A stretch of 63,990 bases of DNA, the filler included, from Welwitschia mirabilis (taxonomy: Eukaryota), in the NCBI GenBank assembly GCA_051453625.1. It is 5 parts of one record of this genome, joined end to end, with 100 filler letters (N's around TTAATTAATTAA, not from the genome) between each part and the next. Parts side by side here need not be neighbours in the genome. Positions count along the whole stretch, not along the records: positions 1 to 16,914 come from JBOZIK010000001.1; 4 more parts are not named here. One strand, written 5' to 3'. Numbering within the stretch: the first letter of the stretch is position 1; every line of letters begins with the position of its first letter. Shown here one piece after another: positions 1 through 13,000 of this stretch. A program made the translations under genes and the position numbers. The notes beneath the pieces were generated by a model. It made no database searches and was not told the origin of the DNA. It saw only the letters and a list, made by a program, of their open reading frames with translations.

Positions 1-582
1 CTAATTATCAGACCTTTACCCTTGTCCTCAGAGTGAATTTCTGAATCAAACTTTTCTTTGGACAATAAATGGGCTTTCACATCTTCAAAAGATAAAGTAT
101 CTAAACCATTGTATAACAAAGTTTTCTTAAAATGCCTATAGGTAGGAGGTAAAGAGACAATTAACAATTGTACACTCAAGATTTTCTAAATCCATTAGAA
201 TTGAATTAAACTTATTGAGATGTATTTAAACAAGAGTACCTTCAAACATGCGAATGGTGAACAAACATTCTTTCAGTCGAAGCTTATTGGTGAGGCTTTT
301 CATCATGTACAACGCTTCCAGTTTCAGCCATAGACTAGCAGCAGTGGTCTCACTGATGACCTCACGGAGAACCTCCTTCAACAAACATAATTGAATTGTT
401 GTCAGAGCCTTGTCATCTAATTCGTCCCATTGCTCATCAGACATGGCCTCGGGTTTTTGGGCTTTTCCAACTAAGGCCTTCTTCAAGTCGTTTTGAGTGA
501 GAACGACTTTCATCTGAATGAGCCCTATAGAAAAACTTAGTTTATCAAATTTTTTGATGTCAAACTTCATTACGGTGGCCAT
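1..582 (-). mobile_element. Ty1/copia gag (UBN2-type, Tork/Tnt1-like), degenerate, runs off the window start
   Basis: ORF 582-226 reads MATVMKFDIKKFD...QWDELDDKALTTIQLCL..EVLREV..ETTAASLWLKLEALYMMKSLTNKLRLK, a typical copia gag N-terminus. The broken frame continues to base 1 (LPPTYRHFKKTLLY). Confidence 0.88.
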
Positions 583-2095
583 CTAACACAAAGTAAAAAA
601 CACAACTCTTGTGTATAAAATCGGAGTACCAAGAAGTTTGGGATTATTTTAATAATCCCTTAGGCAATCAGTAATACAAAGGGCATAATACACAATTTAG
701 AAACTGGGTTATCTGTTGCCCCAATACAACAATTGTTGTCCCTATACTCAGACAAAGTTGACATATATAAGAAAAAAAAACCTTGCTAATACAAATAACG
801 CAAACAACCCACACTATAATTCTAAGCTATGGTAAAAGGGGCCACAATAAAACAAAGAAAAATTGTTATACATCAAAAGCCCCCACACAATAAAACCCTT
901 TAAATAGATCAATAAATGGGCACTTCTTAAAAAAAAAGCATATGTATACCCTTCAAGTAGGTCAATAAAAGGGCACTTCTCAAAAAAAATAACATATGTA
1001 TATAATATAACCTTTTTTTTAGAAAGGTTGTGCTTAAGCCACAATAAAAACTGAGGAGAGTAATGCTAACGAGAGAGGTTGTGTTGTCATGGTGTAGAAA
1101 GAACCGACGTAAGTAAGAAATCGAGCGGTTCCTGTAGGATGTGTGTAGCTGCAACGGTGGAAGCAAGCACAAAGGGTATCCAACCACGAAGTACATGAAC
1201 ACAAGCAAAGTGATGGCAAATGAGTAAGAGGACGATAAAAGATCTGGCTTGAATGATGCATAAAAATGTAGACGCATTGAATATGAATGAAAAACGCATC
1301 CATTTTCTTTGTTGTTAAAGACAGACGCAGTCTGAAACGGATGTTAGGCACTGACAAACAGTGACAATGTGTCAGAGAAGGCCAACAATAGCAGGGAGAC
1401 AAACTGATGGATAATCCATGATAGCAGGAGCAGCAAAACTGCAACGCAGGAAGCAACACAGAAGCAACACGGAATAGTGAATGAACCTCTTATCTGCTAC
1501 ATGATCCACTGGTAGGAAGAAGCGGTGAAAGAGGGATAAAAGAACATGAACATCGCGTAGGCAGAAACGCATCACCAGGCAGAAGCGGTGCAAAGGCACC
1601 AAAGGAAGGCAACACGCACATGGAAAAGAGTTACCAGGTGGAAGTAGTGCAAAGGCTGCAAAAAATGCTGGCTAGGAATAAATGCAGGTGTGACAAAAGG
1701 CCACTGACACACGACACGGGGGTGTAGAGAGAAGGCACGGCACGGGTGAGTGGATGCATGATGTGAGTGGGCAAAGGCATGGTGTGTAAAAAGTGCAGAC
1801 AAGTGCAGGCGATGCTGAATTGCACGCTGAGAAAGATCTGTGAAGTGCCAGCAAAAACAAAAAATCTATAAAGAAAACGCTGGCGGTGTAGAGCAACGAG
1901 GTGCAGAGCAACACCAAAGCGTGTCAGAGCATGAAATGACATGAGGCGGAGCAGATGAAAGGTTGCATAGAAAAAACGCGCAAGGGTCAAAAACAGAATG
2001 ACATGTATAATGAGGTCCTACAGCGAGAGGCAGTGGGATTCAAAAATAAGGAGCAAAGATGCTCAGGCTAGGAATGAGTAAAGGTGGTAATACAG

Positions 2096-2107
2096 GCTCT
2101 GATACCA
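2096..2107 (-). promoter_or_regulatory. Primer-binding site (tRNA-iMet) of the copia element at 1-582
   Basis: gctctgatacca is the reverse complement of TGGTATCAGAGC and lies 2 nt from a CA LTR end (tgt at 2110). The purine-rich, repetitive 583-2095 stretch would be the long 5' leader. Confidence 0.85.
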
Positions 2108-2109
2108 CT

Positions 2110-2342
2110 TGTGACAATTACTAGGCAACATATGAACAAAAAAATGGTGTACTGGATCCATGACGCCTAGTATTACTTTATAGGAGTCAAGCTCCAACAG
2201 GTTTGTGGAATACGGTGAGTAGCTCTCTGCTGTCAAGGCCCTTAAGAATGTTTGGATGTGTGCCCAATGTGAGCCACACACCCTAATAGTTCACTAGAGA
2301 AGATTCTCAAGCATAGACTATGTACAAGTAAGGCGTTCACAT
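2110..2342 (-). repeat. Probable 5' LTR of the first copia element (outer end uncertain)
   Basis: Directly abuts the PBS. There is no second copy in the window to fix the boundary. Confidence 0.45.
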
Positions 2343-3899
2343 AGAATGAAAGAATTAAAGTCCTTTATCTGTGTTTCATCAAAATCCAATGTAAAAAGGT
2401 TCATCCCGACTTGGTGACCCATCTAGCAGTCCATTTTCACGCTTCAAACCTGTATAGCATTCATTGTAGGTGAAGAATGTCTTGGCTAACAAATGCTGAA
2501 CCTTCTGTTCTATCATTTTGATTTTTATAATGTTTATTTCAAGCGTAAAATACTTAGGATTGCGTATCATCTGATTCTATCCTTGTCTTCTCTACATGAT
2601 TTTGTTTATACCTCTCTATTTGCTACTCCAGTCTATTGGATTTTTGAAGGATCAGTATGTTGAGCTTACCCTTTTATGCCTTCTACAAAAGTACGTTAAT
2701 TTATCAGGTATGAAAAACTGCATCCATTCGTCTTCTCTAGTTCTTGGTATTGCTCATTGCTAGAAGTGTAGCCCTGCCGCATGCGTTCCATTGTGACAAA
2801 CTCCATACCCCCATAACCACGGTTTTCCTTACACGTGTACTCGCCGTGGATGCTCATTATTGTTAGTCAGGCGCTATAAGTATCATCGCCTCCTTCATCT
2901 TTAGGCACGATAGAAGCATGATGTCCACCTCCACTGGTGACATCACCTCGCCCTTGACGTTGGTGGCCTGAACCGTGCTCTCCTCATTTAAAATGGTGAG
3001 TTCTTGCATTATTGATAGGGCCACTGAGCCTGGTTTGTACATTCCTTCCCCTCCTCCTCCTCTGCCCATCCCACTATAATGGGTCTATCATCATCATATG
3101 TGATACCTTTATCATCACATAGGCTTTCATCACTGGTAAGCCAAATGCCTCTTCCGTGCAGCATAAAACCAGGGGTGCCAGTGCTGTGCTATAGCTCCTC
3201 GTAGGACAACATCTTTTCGCGGCTTCTACTTTTACTGCATTTATTCTCCTCCTCAGCCTATCGAAATGTACCTTCTTCATAAACATCCATCATCACGGAC
3301 ATTCTCATGACCTTCATTCTGATGAGGATCTAGATTGGTTTACTTCCACCGAAGCAACAACGGTGTTAGGATGTCTATCACTCATCACGTCAAAGAGTGG
3401 TATCACATTGATCTATGAGACTACACCTTTACCAGCCTCATTCCTTGTTGTAGAAATCAAACTCACAATGACCCTGGGATCTGTTTAGTTAGCATTATTA
3501 CACATGCTGCATCCTTGACACATACTCCAATGCAGTGGATCTTGACAACTTTCTCATATTACAAACTCCAAGAAAACTTCCTAATCTTGTATTTTATGTA
3601 TATATTTAGTTAGATAAATTAATAAAGCACTTTGTTCTAGATCTTGACAAATCTTACACGAGTATTAGTTTCTACAAACCTAAACAATAAATTAAAATAA
3701 AGTTAACACTTTAAAATAAAGTAGGTCCTTCAAGGCTTTCCCTTAAATAAAATATATTTATGATAGTTCTGTGAGATTAAGGTTACAATATCACACATTA
3801 TTCCACACTTTTATCTAGATTTATTGTATAAATCTGCATAAGTAATGTTAATCATAGGTATCCTCAGAAACTTTGGAGGATCTTAATGGAGTAACCCTT

Positions 3900-6465
3900 T
3901 TTATTCTATAATCTAATGCATAATTTAGAGAAATAATCAAAAGCCTCATCTTTGTGGGCAAGAAAGGCTACCCATGTAAAGTAAGAATAATCATTAATAA
4001 TTATAAGATAATACTATTTTTAAAATAATCATTAATAATTATACGATAATACCATGTTCTTCTAAAACTTTTAGTTTAACATGATCCAGCTAAATTAAGA
4101 TAGAACATATCTTAAGGGTAAGAAGTAAATATTAATTTTTTCTTGCAAAATCTTATTCTTGTTTTCCTTCCCTTTTGACAAGTATTAAAAACTTTCTTAT
4201 CAAAATTTTTGAGTTTAGGAAGTCCTCTTACAAGTTGTTCGGATAACAACATTTGCATCAGATCCATGTGCACATGTTCAATTATTCTATGCTAGATCTT
4301 TGCATCACCTATGGTGCTAAGTAAACACTTAACACTTTTGTTAGAAATATCATTGAATGAGATAATATGTACATTTAATTTTCTATGTTTAGTAAATAAT
4401 ACTTTATTAGAATTATAATCCCTGATAGTACAACCATTCTTTGAAAAGGTAACATCATAGTTTGAATCACAAAGTTGACTAATACTCAACAAGTTATGTT
4501 GCAATCCATCAACATAAAATACATTTTCACCTTAAGGAGGTTACCTCCTCCAATGGTATTAATTCCTTTGATGTAAGCCTTAATGTTGTCACTAAACAAA
4601 GCAACACCATGATCTTCATCAATCAGAGAATGGCAAATTGATTTGTTTCTCATAATATGCTGAAAGCAATCACTTTTCACATATCAAATATGCTTATTCA
4701 TTTTTCCTAAGGAGGTTTGAGCAAAAAAGGCACTATTTTAGTGATTTGAAACTCATTGATTCTTGTAGTTACCCTGCATAAAGTTTCAAATCCATCTCTT
4801 TAGCTTTATGATAAGTGTATTTTTGTCTACCAAAAACTAAAAGGTAAAGTATCTATAATGCCTTCTTTAATGGAAACTAAATCAAATGTTGTTATTTTTA
4901 TAAGCTAAGTGTTTAGCTCTTAGCTTATATTTTCATTTTGAAAAGGCATCTTTTGATTTTCCTTGTAATTTTATTGTTGATACTTCATTCTTGCTTAATT
5001 CGCTTTGACCAGCTGGTCTCCTACCTTCATCAAGCATAATTTTCAAGGTGTTTTTTTACTTTGGATGAATCTCTCATTTATGTATCTAGCATTATGTAGT
5101 TTCTGTTTCACATTCTTTAATTCATTCATTAGTTTTCTAATCTCGATCTTAAGACTAGATTCTTGCTTATAAACTAAGAACAAGAGTTATTTTCTCATTC
5201 ATAATCTAACTTGCGGTTGTTAAGAAATTTCTTCATTTTGGTACATAATTTCTATAATTTAATAGACACTTTAAAAATTAAATTATACCTTTCTTGGAGA
5301 GTTAACTCATCTTCTTCTTCCTTAAGAGTTTCTTTATGTTCTCAAGTTTTGAAATCTCTATTATTATTGTTGGATGTATCATGAACGATAGCCATAAAGG
5401 AAGGATGGGTATCTTGGTCATTGTCATCAAATATTTCCTCATCAATGACGTTTTCATCTTCATCCCAACTAGCAAGGAACTTTCCTTTTGAAATCTTTCT
5501 TTTGGCTTTCACCCTACAATTTGTTAGCACTTGGACAAAGAAGATGCCATCGATCCTTATAATTTTACCATTCTCAATTTGAAAAGTGACTTTTAGAAGC
5601 TAATTGTAAATATTTACCTTCGTTCTTACCTTTACCTTGAGGACTAAATGATCTAGTATGCTCGTCTATTATTTTATTTCCTCTTGAAAGAAGACATTTC
5701 AGTTGCCTAGAGATGAGAGAAAGTTCTTCATTAACATCATTTTTCAGATCCACCACCATCATCATCATCATCTAAGACATTACTAGCTTTGCTCTTGCCA
5801 AGTTGTTTTTTATTGGCACTAGCTTTAAGGGATATGGGCTTCTCTTTGACAACTCCATCTTCAATTAAGTTCATTTCATAGGTAGTTCAAGAACTTTGGA
5901 CTTTTTCAAACTTCATAGTGGTAAAATTCCTTGATTCTTCTATGGCAATGGTTTTAGGCCTATATATTGGAGTAAGTGATCTAACCACCTTTTGAATCAC
6001 CTTCTCTTTGGATAATTCTCCACCAATTACATGGATGGCATTTACAATGTTGCTCACTCTTGTGAAGTACTCATGAACTCTTTCCCCATCATTCATTCTA
6101 ATGGTTTTAAATTGATCTGTAAAAACTCGAAACTTAAATTATCTAATTATAGAAGTAACTTCATAAATGCCTGTGAAAAGATCTCATACTTATTTCACAA
6201 TGCTACAATTAATAACTCCATTTAACTCCTCTATTGAAAGGGCATAGTACAAAGCATTCTTGACATTAGAATCAAATATGTGAGCATCCTTTTTGGTATT
6301 GAACCATTAATTTCTAGACTTAAGCTTAGTGATGCACACACCAGTGACATTCATGATGGTCTCATTGGAGTTGTATAGGCATCTTCGATAGTCTACAATA
6401 ATTCAAAGTCAAGATACTATAAGAACACTTGCATCCTTTATCTTCCAGTAAGCATAATTAATGGA
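3900..6465 (-). mobile_element. Degenerate Sirevirus-like Ty1/copia gag-protease-integrase, truncated
   Basis: Minus-strand remnants read NYAYWKI..MQVFL (gag start), MNDGERVHEYFTRVSNIVN..KVVRSL..IEES, HNLLSISQLCD, LVRGLPKL (GAG-pre-integrase) and YSYFTWVAFLAHKDEAF (integrase). Confidence 0.85.
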
Positions 6466-6543
6466 GAACACATTCATATTAGTTCATTCAAGGATTTTTC
6501 AAGGATTTTATCCCTTTTCATGAGTACCAACTTTGACATCACT

Positions 6544-7872
6544 TGTGGGTCATAGAACTCAAAGGAAAAGAGTGAATGAGTTCCCAAAAAAATTTTGTGC
6601 TATAAATAAAAATATTGAATTGTTGAAAGTCAGTGCATGTAAATAAAATATGGAACTCTTACCGATTTTATGTAATTCCCAAACTCAAGTAGCCCACATT
6701 CAAAATGTCAAATTTAGCATACTAACTCAGGTAGAACTTGTAACTTAAAAAGATTTTATGGTTTCTAGTTCACTGTTAGTCTCATAAGGCTTAAACTATA
6801 ACGGAGTTGCTTCTTGCAAGGCAAACAACTCAACCCATTAGGACTCAAGCTCACAAAGAGGTTTTTCCCTTAAGAATACACCACAATGCCTTACAAGACA
6901 CTCATAGACCTAAAGCATACAAGCCTCAAAAGGTGAGAATGAAGTAAAAAAATAAAGGAATGTGGAACTAAGATGGTTCACAAATCTTATGTCCACCTTT
7001 ATGTGTAGGAATACAATAGAAGCAAGCTAAAAAGAAAAGGAAGTGAGGAATAATGCATACTTACTTAATGTTAAAGTTTTACAAGAAGAAGTAGTTTGGT
7101 GAAGCCTTTGATTCTTCTTCTTCTTGATGTTGTAGAGGCTTGTTCTCTTTCAATAGCTAGGCTTTTGTTCCTTTCGAACTCTTGTATGAAAGTTTGCAAA
7201 CTTGGTTGCCAAAAATAGCAGCATGCAAAAAATGGTCAAATTCACACCGAACAAAGGGTATTTTATTTTTTTCATGTTGAGTTAGGGTAGACATCTTCAT
7301 AGTTTCTAAATGTCTTTTTAATGTGTAGATGTCTTCAATCTGCAGCCACTTTTTGTTGATGCTCTTATTCTCTACCAAGACATCTTCATATGAGAGGATG
7401 TTTAAAATCTAGGTGAATTGATCCTCTAGAAGGTAGATGTCTTTATCTTTAGCAGACATCTTCTGTCCTGTTTCACTGATTTAGCTAAGACATCTTTCAT
7501 CTTCCAGATGTTTGGAAGTGTGGTAGATGTCTTCAAAAGACTATAGATGTCTTCTGACATGCTTTAATGATTTAACCAAAATGTTTTTCACCTTATGGAA
7601 TGGTGGTATAGTAGATGTCTTCAAANNNNNNNNNNTCTTTACTGTAAAATCACAAAAACACATGAATCTCACTAAGACACTAGATCTAAACTAAACTTTG
7701 AAATAGTTACTAGATGTGTTGTAGGCATTCTCACTTTGGTAGACGTCATCACATGTAGCAGATGTCTTCTTGGCACTTGATTCAAATTTGAACTTCATGG
7801 TCCCTGTCCACACATTATACTAATTTTGACAAGTTTAGCCCATCAAAATCGGGTAGGTCAATAAGCCCAAAA
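6544..7872 (-). repeat. 5' LTR of the Sirevirus-like element, with clustered AGATGTCTTC/GAAGACATCT motifs
   Basis: A degenerate iMet PBS lies at about 6531-6541. A U5 motif ATTCACTCTT sits near the LTR end. More than 10 copies of the 10-bp motif occur in both orientations at 7289-7770. Confidence 0.65.
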
Positions 7873-9804
7873 CTTTAAAAAAATTATTCAATCTTTTTTA
7901 TAAGGGGGTTTTAGACCCAAAAAAATAAATATATTTAAAGCAAAAAGTATCAGTATAGATAAGTAGACTGATGAATAAATCCACTAATACACCATATTAT
8001 AGTTTTTCAACCTCAGGTTTAAGTTAATATATATACATATCCTTATACATACATACAAGCAATTCATATAGTTCTTGTAATGACGCCTTTTTAAAGTATG
8101 GATTTGTTTCCTATATTTATTTTTGATCTTTGTATGTTGCTGCTCTTAGAGATTATTCGTTTTGAAGATTTAACATTAGAGGACCACGTTCTATTGATGT
8201 AAAATGAAAGAACATTATTTTGCAATAAAATCAAAGGTAATAATGTTATTTGGTTTTTCATTCAATTGAATGCCAAAGTAGTTTATATAAAATGTACGTT
8301 TCATAAGTTTCAAATTAGTATTGATATTCTTCAAGTAAACATAGCTTCAAGACTTTTGCTAGTTAATAAGACGACTAGATAAGAGGGACAATGTAGAATA
8401 CATAGGAATAGTAGTTTATGAGGATGGTTTGATCGTTGGAAGGCTAAAGCCCCATCTCCCTCTTAGATGGTTCTCTTCGTATTTGTTGACTTGGGTAGTC
8501 TTAGGATATTTGACTTTCTATACTGTTCTTCTATTTAGAGGATTTTGATGGTACTTAGAGAATGGGCTTTCTAACCTAACTTAAACTGTGACATTTTACT
8601 TTTGAAGTTTTCAAGAGGTACTATCCTCTTTTATTATAGAGGGTAACTTATATACTTTAAAAAAGGTTTAAACATATACCAGAAGAGTTTTATATGTGAA
8701 ATCATGAGTCCTGAGGAATCCAAAATAGGAATTTTAATTGTTTTTTATGGAGGAGGCTAAACAGTTTTCTATCTCATATTAAATGAGGTGTACAGGTGAA
8801 ATGCACACCACAAGTTTGACATATACATGCCACGTGTCATCATCTAAATACATGCAGTACCAAAATTTAATAACACTGGGGAGGCGGTTTAGCTTCTTCG
8901 GTTTTTTATTTCATCATTACTATGCATTTTTCTTTATGGGGGTCGTGGAAGCAAGACCAACAATGTTAATATTCCTGGCTCGCATTTAGGCTGGGAAATT
9001 GTAAGCAATGTGGACTGCTGTTCAGCAAATGGGAGCAACTTTCTTTGGTAAATCAGTCTTCAGAATCGGGCAGGGGACCCTTTCCAGTGGATCCCTTGTA
9101 ATTTTCCAAGGAGTAAATGTTGTTTTCAGTAGCATCTTCCCCTTGAGATTAGGATTCACAAACGAAAAGGACCTCTATACTGTGAAAAACCGCGTTATAA
9201 ACAAAAGAAACACTCTAGGGAGACTAGCTCCCATAAATATACTGCATACAGAGGGCTTAAGTTTCTTGTGGTTCGCGGGACTTTTCTCTCACCTAAAGTT
9301 TGTCGAGATAAGATTTTTTTTATAAAGAGCTCTGGAAAACCTCGTCATTGAGTCACCTCACGCAGTTATTTGGAATTAAAGTTGTGGCGTAAATTATGGA
9401 CTCTGACGTCCTTTTGTAATGTTAATCGTGAAAGATCACTCTGAGCTAAGACAAAAGTCCTACAAAATCTTACGAGAGGGGTCTTACGTTTTTGAGTATG
9501 AGATCGCTGCTGATTTCTAAAGCACAGTTTAAGCTGAAATTGCCAAGAAATCGGGTCCTTTGTGCTCCGTAAGGAGAGAAGAAGAAATTAGGCAATAGAA
9601 AGATCAATTTGTATTCGGTTTCCCGTTTTGCATTACGTGGCTTACACTGTGGTTCCTTCTAAAATTTCTTAAGCTAGCGCTGATTTTAGCAAACCCTTGT
9701 CAACGGCCTCATACAAGGGTGTTTGGCTTTCCAAAGGACTCAATAATAAATATTCAAGTTGCTCAAAGCCAATTCATTTGATTATCTCGCTTATTGAATC
9801 AACG

Positions 9805-10035
9805 ATGGCAGGCAGGATTGTAGGCAATAAATATTTGGTTGAGGAGGTAATAGGCTACGGCTCCTTTTCTTTGGTATGGAAGGGCAAACACATTCAGGAT
9901 GAGTATGTTGTAGCAGTTAAGGAGATTTCTACAAGCCGCTTGAATCAGAAACTCTGCGAGAGTCTTTTGTCCGAGATAAATATCCTTCAAAAGATCAGCC
10001 ATCCTAACATAGTTAGTTTTCATGGTATTGTTAAG
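9805..10035 (+). CDS. ATG1: ATG1 exon 1 (Gly loop, catalytic Lys)
   Basis: [44 protein letters not shown], phase 0. Confidence 0.92.
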
Positions 10036-13000
10036 GTCCGTGTTACCTTTCTTGTTTGTTTTCAGAGCTTTGTAATTTGCCTACCTTAAGCATTAAAGTT
10101 TGGACTTTAAATAAGGATTTAGTACGCCTGCAAAAGTACAATAAAAAAACAAAAACAAAAGAAATTTCCGGATTAGTCTAAGGGAATTAGTAAATTACTT
10201 TGTTATGTCCCATTTCAGGAAAAATAAAGTGCCTCCACATTTTATCAGTTAGACTCACTTTCATCTGTGGAACCCTCTTTGATTGACAGGGAGGAGACGT
10301 GTGGAGGCTCATAAATTTATCATTTATCTGTTTTAGTTAGTCAGCACTTTGAAGAACTTCATTGATCCCTTTTGCAGGAGCAGGATAAAATCTTTCTGAT
10401 TCTGGAGTATTGTGAAGATGGTGATTTAGCTCAATATATTGAACGGCATAAAAGAGTTTCAAGTGAGGTTGCAAGGTACCTCATGAGACAACTAGGTATC
10501 CCTGTCAATGCTTCTGAAGCAAACTACAAATTTGTGCTTGTGTTTTTTAAGTTTTCATTCTCTTCCATGATATCTTTAAACTTTTTTCAGCTTCCGGTTT
10601 AAAGGTTCTTAGGAGCAACAATCTAATACATCGTGATCTTAAACCTCAGGTACTGGCTTCATGTCATTCAATTATAACCCTTCCTTTTCATAGATCTTCT
10701 ATAGTTGTCTGAAAATTAGCACTCTGGAACACTTGGAAAGGCATATAGCTTTCTTTATCTAGACTTCTCTAATGGTGAATCAAATAGCAACTAAAAGCCA
10801 CTCATACTTAATTGACTGTTAAAATCAACAAAATTTTTAGGTATTAGTTAAAGTAGATGTGCTGTAACAACCTTTTATTTGGAAGGTTTGGCTTTCTTTC
10901 CAACTAGAATTGGTTAATCGGTATTATCTTTCAAATCCCTAGGAAAGTTTCAAATAGATGAATCAATTGAAAGTCGTCTTTTTAAAATGTCACAGAATCT
11001 TTTGCTCTCAAATGTAGAAGGCAAGCTAACTTTGAAGATTGCAGACTTTGGATTTGCCAGGTACATGTTTTCTTCTCTAACCTTCTCACTTCATGTCTAT
11101 TCTAGAGATGGATGACATAATTCATGTCTATTCTACAGATGGATGACATAACCCGACCTGACATTTCTCTTATCATGATGATTCCTCCGGAGGATCGTGA
11201 TATTTTTCTTTTGTGCTGCTACACTAAAATCTTAAAGCTGCATTCACTTATGTTAATTTTCAGATAATTATTAAGTACATTCAAATTGACTTTTTTTTTG
11301 TTAAATATTAGATTAAGCTGTGGTCTACATATTTTTATTACATCTAGAAAAGACCCTGTTAATCTATTAGATAGGAGAAATGTGCATGGTATAAACTTGA
11401 AAAATTTCATCAACCAAAAAAGCAAGAATTAGAGATGAACAAATCAACCAAGATATTATCTTTAATGTTCATCTTCCACAATATTTTGGATACAAGTCTA
11501 CAATACATGATGACTGAAATTTGAAGCCATTGACCTATTTAAATTCTGATGTAATTCTCCCTGTACTGACGTGGATTTGAAAGACACAAGAGAATGAAAT
11601 CACTTAGATAGGCTTTTTCTGCAAAACTTCCTCCACTAATGTTATTCAAATAAAATCCTTTCTTCTTGCTTGCATTCTCCCAAAGGGTTTGAATTGCTTG
11701 TTGTTTGACTATTTTTTGAATTTATTTAGTATCCAATTGAAAATTCCCTTTATCATGTTCCGTTTCCATAACCAAATCTTCCCCAACAAAACCAACTTGG
11801 CGAATGCGATAGGGTTTCTTATAGACCTTATTTAATTTTTTAAAAGAAAAAAGAAGAACATCTGTTTTGAATTGCTAAGAAATCATTTTTGGAAAATTTA
11901 TCACTAGGAAGAGCTTGGGGGATTTTGAGCATACGCAACAAATTAATTATTTCCTTATGTCTAAGGGCATTATTTCAACTTCTGAGAGCATAATATCCTA
12001 TTGGATTGGTTGTTTAAATTCTTCCAACAAAATTATTTTCGAATATGTTATATATTCCCCTGTCATTTATTTGCTAAACAAGGACCTTAAACAATAGTGT
12101 GAAAAAGTTTTAGAATATTCCAAGATGGAAAAGCTTTTTCCTTGCATGTACTTCTTAGTGCAAATAAAGCTTTACAGCTTCTGCAGTCTTTTGAGAAATC
12201 CATTGTTCCATTTGTAATTAGTAAAGTACTCTAAATGCACATATTTATAAGATGAAAAATTTCATGATGCTCATTTTTTATTAGGAAGTCAAAATTAGTG
12301 TTTTGTGTGCCACAAACCATAATTTTAGCTTTCTAAGCATTGATCTTCATACTAGAGTACTGATACAAACTATCTAAAATACAAAGCATTTTGTGCAATA
12401 CTTGGTTGGGTTTAGAAGTTAAAGTGCAACCATGATTGAAAGCAAAAGATTCATGAGAGAGTTTCTCACCCAAATAGATTGATTGAGAGTAATTTGATTC
12501 ATCCACATTTCTAACATAAATGGAAGATATCAACAAGCTAAAGAGAAAGAGGACAATCTTGCTTGATACTAATAGAGCTGCAGAACATCCGCTTAATTAA
12601 TATCCTTTAACTGAATACTTCCGTTTTTGTAGAGCATTTGGATAACAAAAAGTAAAGTCACTAGATAATTCTCTAAACAAATGAAAGACTTAATGTTTTG
12701 GCCTTTGGCTTGGTCAACCCAATTTTCAAAGTGATGAGATTCTTCATCATGGAATGATTTTGTCATAAGTCTGCTTGTGAACTTGCACATAATTTCTTTT
12801 TGGCTTTCAATCTACAGAGCTTTGTTTCTGAAATTGAAATTGAAACTGATTTTCTTTGTTCTTTTCTGAACATTCGTGAAGAGGTTGGGTCTATTGGACA
12901 GAAGAAACGTGCATGGCATGAGTTTGAAAGATTTCATCTATAAAGTTACCTAGAGTTATAGGTAAAACCTGAAACAAATCAACCAAATTATGAGCTGTGA

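Noticed and set aside
814..2281. Many overlapping minus-strand ORFs
   Set aside because: They are by-products of a purine-skewed repetitive retrotransposon leader and have no recognisable domain.
7289..7770. Short semi-palindromic repeats with variable spacers (CRISPR-like look), also in the LTRs at 43900-44300 and 47100-47650
   Set aside because: The repeats are only about 10 bp, irregularly spaced, in mixed orientation, inside LTRs, and there are no cas genes. They are LTR repeat motifs.
8783..9325. Two ORFs upstream of ATG1
   Set aside because: Short, with no motif or supported splice structure. Probably promoter DNA.
9697..9804. N-terminal extension of ATG1 from the TTG-started ORF
   Set aside because: It has no ATG and no homology. 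The ATG at 9805 (acgATGG) sits just before the kinase domain.
12860..12900. Shared 3' tail between LINE copy B (acccaacctcttcac) and the SINE (aaccaacctccttgc)
   Set aside because: The match is only about 8 nt and is not seen in LINE copy A, so it cannot be separated from chance without consensus sequences.
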